Source: Alphaproteobacteria bacterium
Lineage (GTDB): Bacteria; Pseudomonadota; Alphaproteobacteria; RF32; CAG-239
Direction: 5' to 3'
Assembly: GCA_045632645.1 (NCBI GenBank)
Contig: JAZQXC010000017.1
Span: 12,434-76,433 of the forward strand
DNA length: 64,000 bases
The position numbers and the translations under genes were made by a program. Each line of letters starts with the position of its first letter. Within the stretch, counting starts at the first letter, position 1. Positions 62,857 through 64,000 of this stretch are shown in pieces. The notes below the pieces were generated by a model. That model saw nothing but the letters and a program-made list of their open reading frames with translations, was not told the DNA's origin and did not search any database.

Positions 62857-62889
62857 TAAAACCCCTCACATTTTATTGTTGTGAGGGGG
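62857..62889 (-). terminator. terminator for the two small membrane ORFs
   Basis: minus strand CCCCTCACA...TGTGAGGGGTTTT. Confidence 0.7.
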
Positions 62890-62914
62890 AGATAAATATA
62901 AGAACATTTTTACT

Positions 62915-63094
62915 TTAAATGTACTTAATTTCTTTTTCATGTTTTTTATGCAATTCTTCGAGTGTTTTTTGACACTGCTTAATAGTTTTTCTACACTTAT
63001 TGTCAACTATTAGATAATATACAACAAGCCCTAAAATAAGTAAAATTGCCGGCCCTAAAGCAATACTTAAGATAATAAAGTGATCAATGCTCAT
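62915..63094 (-). CDS. 59-aa single-pass membrane microprotein (not in ORF track)
   Basis: translated by hand: MSIDHFIILSIALGPAILLILGLVVYYLIVDNKCRKTIKQCQKTLEELHKKHEKEIKYI; lies between the 70-aa ORF and a terminator. Confidence 0.6.
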   Translation of the reverse strand: MSIDHFIILSIALGPAILLILGLVVYYLIVDNKCRKTIKQCQKTLEELHKKHEKEIKYI

Positions 63095-63115
63095 AATACA
63101 TAAGTTTTAGATATT

Positions 63116-63328
63116 TTACTCAAAAGGAAGCACTTCATGATTATCTGCTTCTAGTTTCCCAGTCTTTTTGTTGTAAACCATTTGCCCTGCATAATCTCCA
63201 CTTTCTAAGCTCTTTGCAGTACGAATTATCCGTAATAGATTAATTGTATACTTTATAATCATTATAACAGCAATCAGTGCAACAACAAAACATATCAAAA
63301 GAATTAAAATTGTTTTTAATAGTACCAT
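63116..63328 (-). CDS. 70-aa single-pass membrane protein
   Basis: N-terminal hydrophobic helix and polar tail. Confidence 0.6.
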   Translation of the reverse strand: MVLLKTILILLICFVVALIAVIMIIKYTINLLRIIRTAKSLESGDYAGQMVYNKKTGKLEADNHEVLPFE

Positions 63329-63552
63329 AGAATTATAATTTTAATAGTTTATATAATAATTTAAATTTCGATTTATCTATAAATTATAATACTAAAAAAA
63401 ATCAATATAAAAAAAACTTGACTTTATTTTTGAAATCAATTACACTCATAGACAAATTGATATATTTATGTCCAACAAGATAGCTTTGAGATAAAAATTA
63501 TTTTAGCCTTAAAGTGTGTCTTATTATTGTTTAACAAATAAAAATTAAAATT

Positions 63553-63777
63553 ATGAGCAGAAAAGATGAGTTTTGTTACAGTAAGTCTGTTGTTGATTCA
63601 GCTGGTAGAAGAAGAACTATCGTTGCCCCTCCAGGTACACATCTAGAAATTATAAACCGACGAGGTCTTCCGGATAAAATCTATGCAGTACCAAATGATA
63701 AAACGATAACGAGGTACGGTTTGGCTGAGCCCTATTTAGGGGATTATCCATGTTTGTTTAGGAGATTTTCTCGCTAA
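63553..63777 (+). CDS. small orphan hypothetical protein
   Basis: 74 aa; promoter TTGACT(63418)-17-TACACT, SD-less AAAATTATG start, terminator 63801-63823. Confidence 0.6.
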   Translation: MSRKDEFCYSKSVVDSAGRRRTIVAPPGTHLEIINRRGLPDKIYAVPNDKTITRYGLAEPYLGDYPCLFRRFSR

Positions 63778-63867
63778 GCTAAAAACTCAAAAATTTTATA
63801 GCCTCCATAATGGGGGCTTTTTTTGTTAGAGGTTAAAGTGTGTGGTGATTAGTTTAGTTTTTTATTA

Positions 63868-63932
63868 GTCACAGCAAACGAATGTGAAGCAGTCTATAAT
63901 GGATTGCCACGCGCTGACACGCTCGCAATGAC
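63868..63932. repeat. degenerate CGTC-type REP / RPE-like palindromic element
   Basis: GTCACAGC..GCAGTCT / GGATTGCCACGCG..CGCTCGCAATGAC resembles the GTCATTGCGAG...GCAATC/GATTGC...CTCGCAATGAC palindromes. Confidence 0.7.
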
Positions 63933-63943
63933 AATATAAAATT

Positions 63944-64000
63944 AGCGCATGGGGGTTGAATTTCGCTTCGCTCATTCGCACAGGCGCTCGTGAGCATATG
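63944..64000 (-). repeat. second copy of the tRNA-linked structured element (truncated by window edge)
   Basis: 63957-64000 aligns with 1241-1283 at 34 of 44 columns by hand, with compensatory stem changes. Confidence 0.7.

Noticed and set aside
62866-63006. sRNA or 24-aa peptide driven by a minus-strand TTGACA at 63006
   Set aside because: The hexamer lies inside the better-supported 59-aa ORF 62915-63094, which already explains the terminator.

Overview
AT-rich chromosomal window from an alphaproteobacterium, probably a reduced-genome, gut-type Rhodospirillales/RF32-like lineage (inferred from a GTTC-N7-GTTC LexA box, ChpT, an alphaproteobacterial rplJ leader and a stand-alone F1 atpHAGDC operon). 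Most genes are housekeeping: rplJL, ackA, lexA, proS, trmFO, priA, atp, dnaB, galE, mla/pqi, lolE/D, rpsD and cca. I saw no CRISPR array, integrase, transposase or reverse transcriptase. Five things stand out. (1) A tRNA-Gly(CCC) is followed by a tRNA-like mimic (acceptor plus T stem, no D or anticodon arm, 80-nt structured insert in the T loop), and a second, covarying copy of that insert sits at the right window edge. (2) A dispersed class of self-contained orphan genes shares a sigma70 promoter, an SD-less A/T leader, distinct codon usage and its own terminator; it includes a tandem paralogous trio whose leaders look better conserved than their proteins. (3) An uncharacterised CxxC membrane protein is paired with a Cys/His helical protein. 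(4) Several enzymes look catalytically degenerate (PfkB GAGD>GAGN, HpnC/D-like pair). (5) A 59-aa membrane microprotein is missing from the ORF track.
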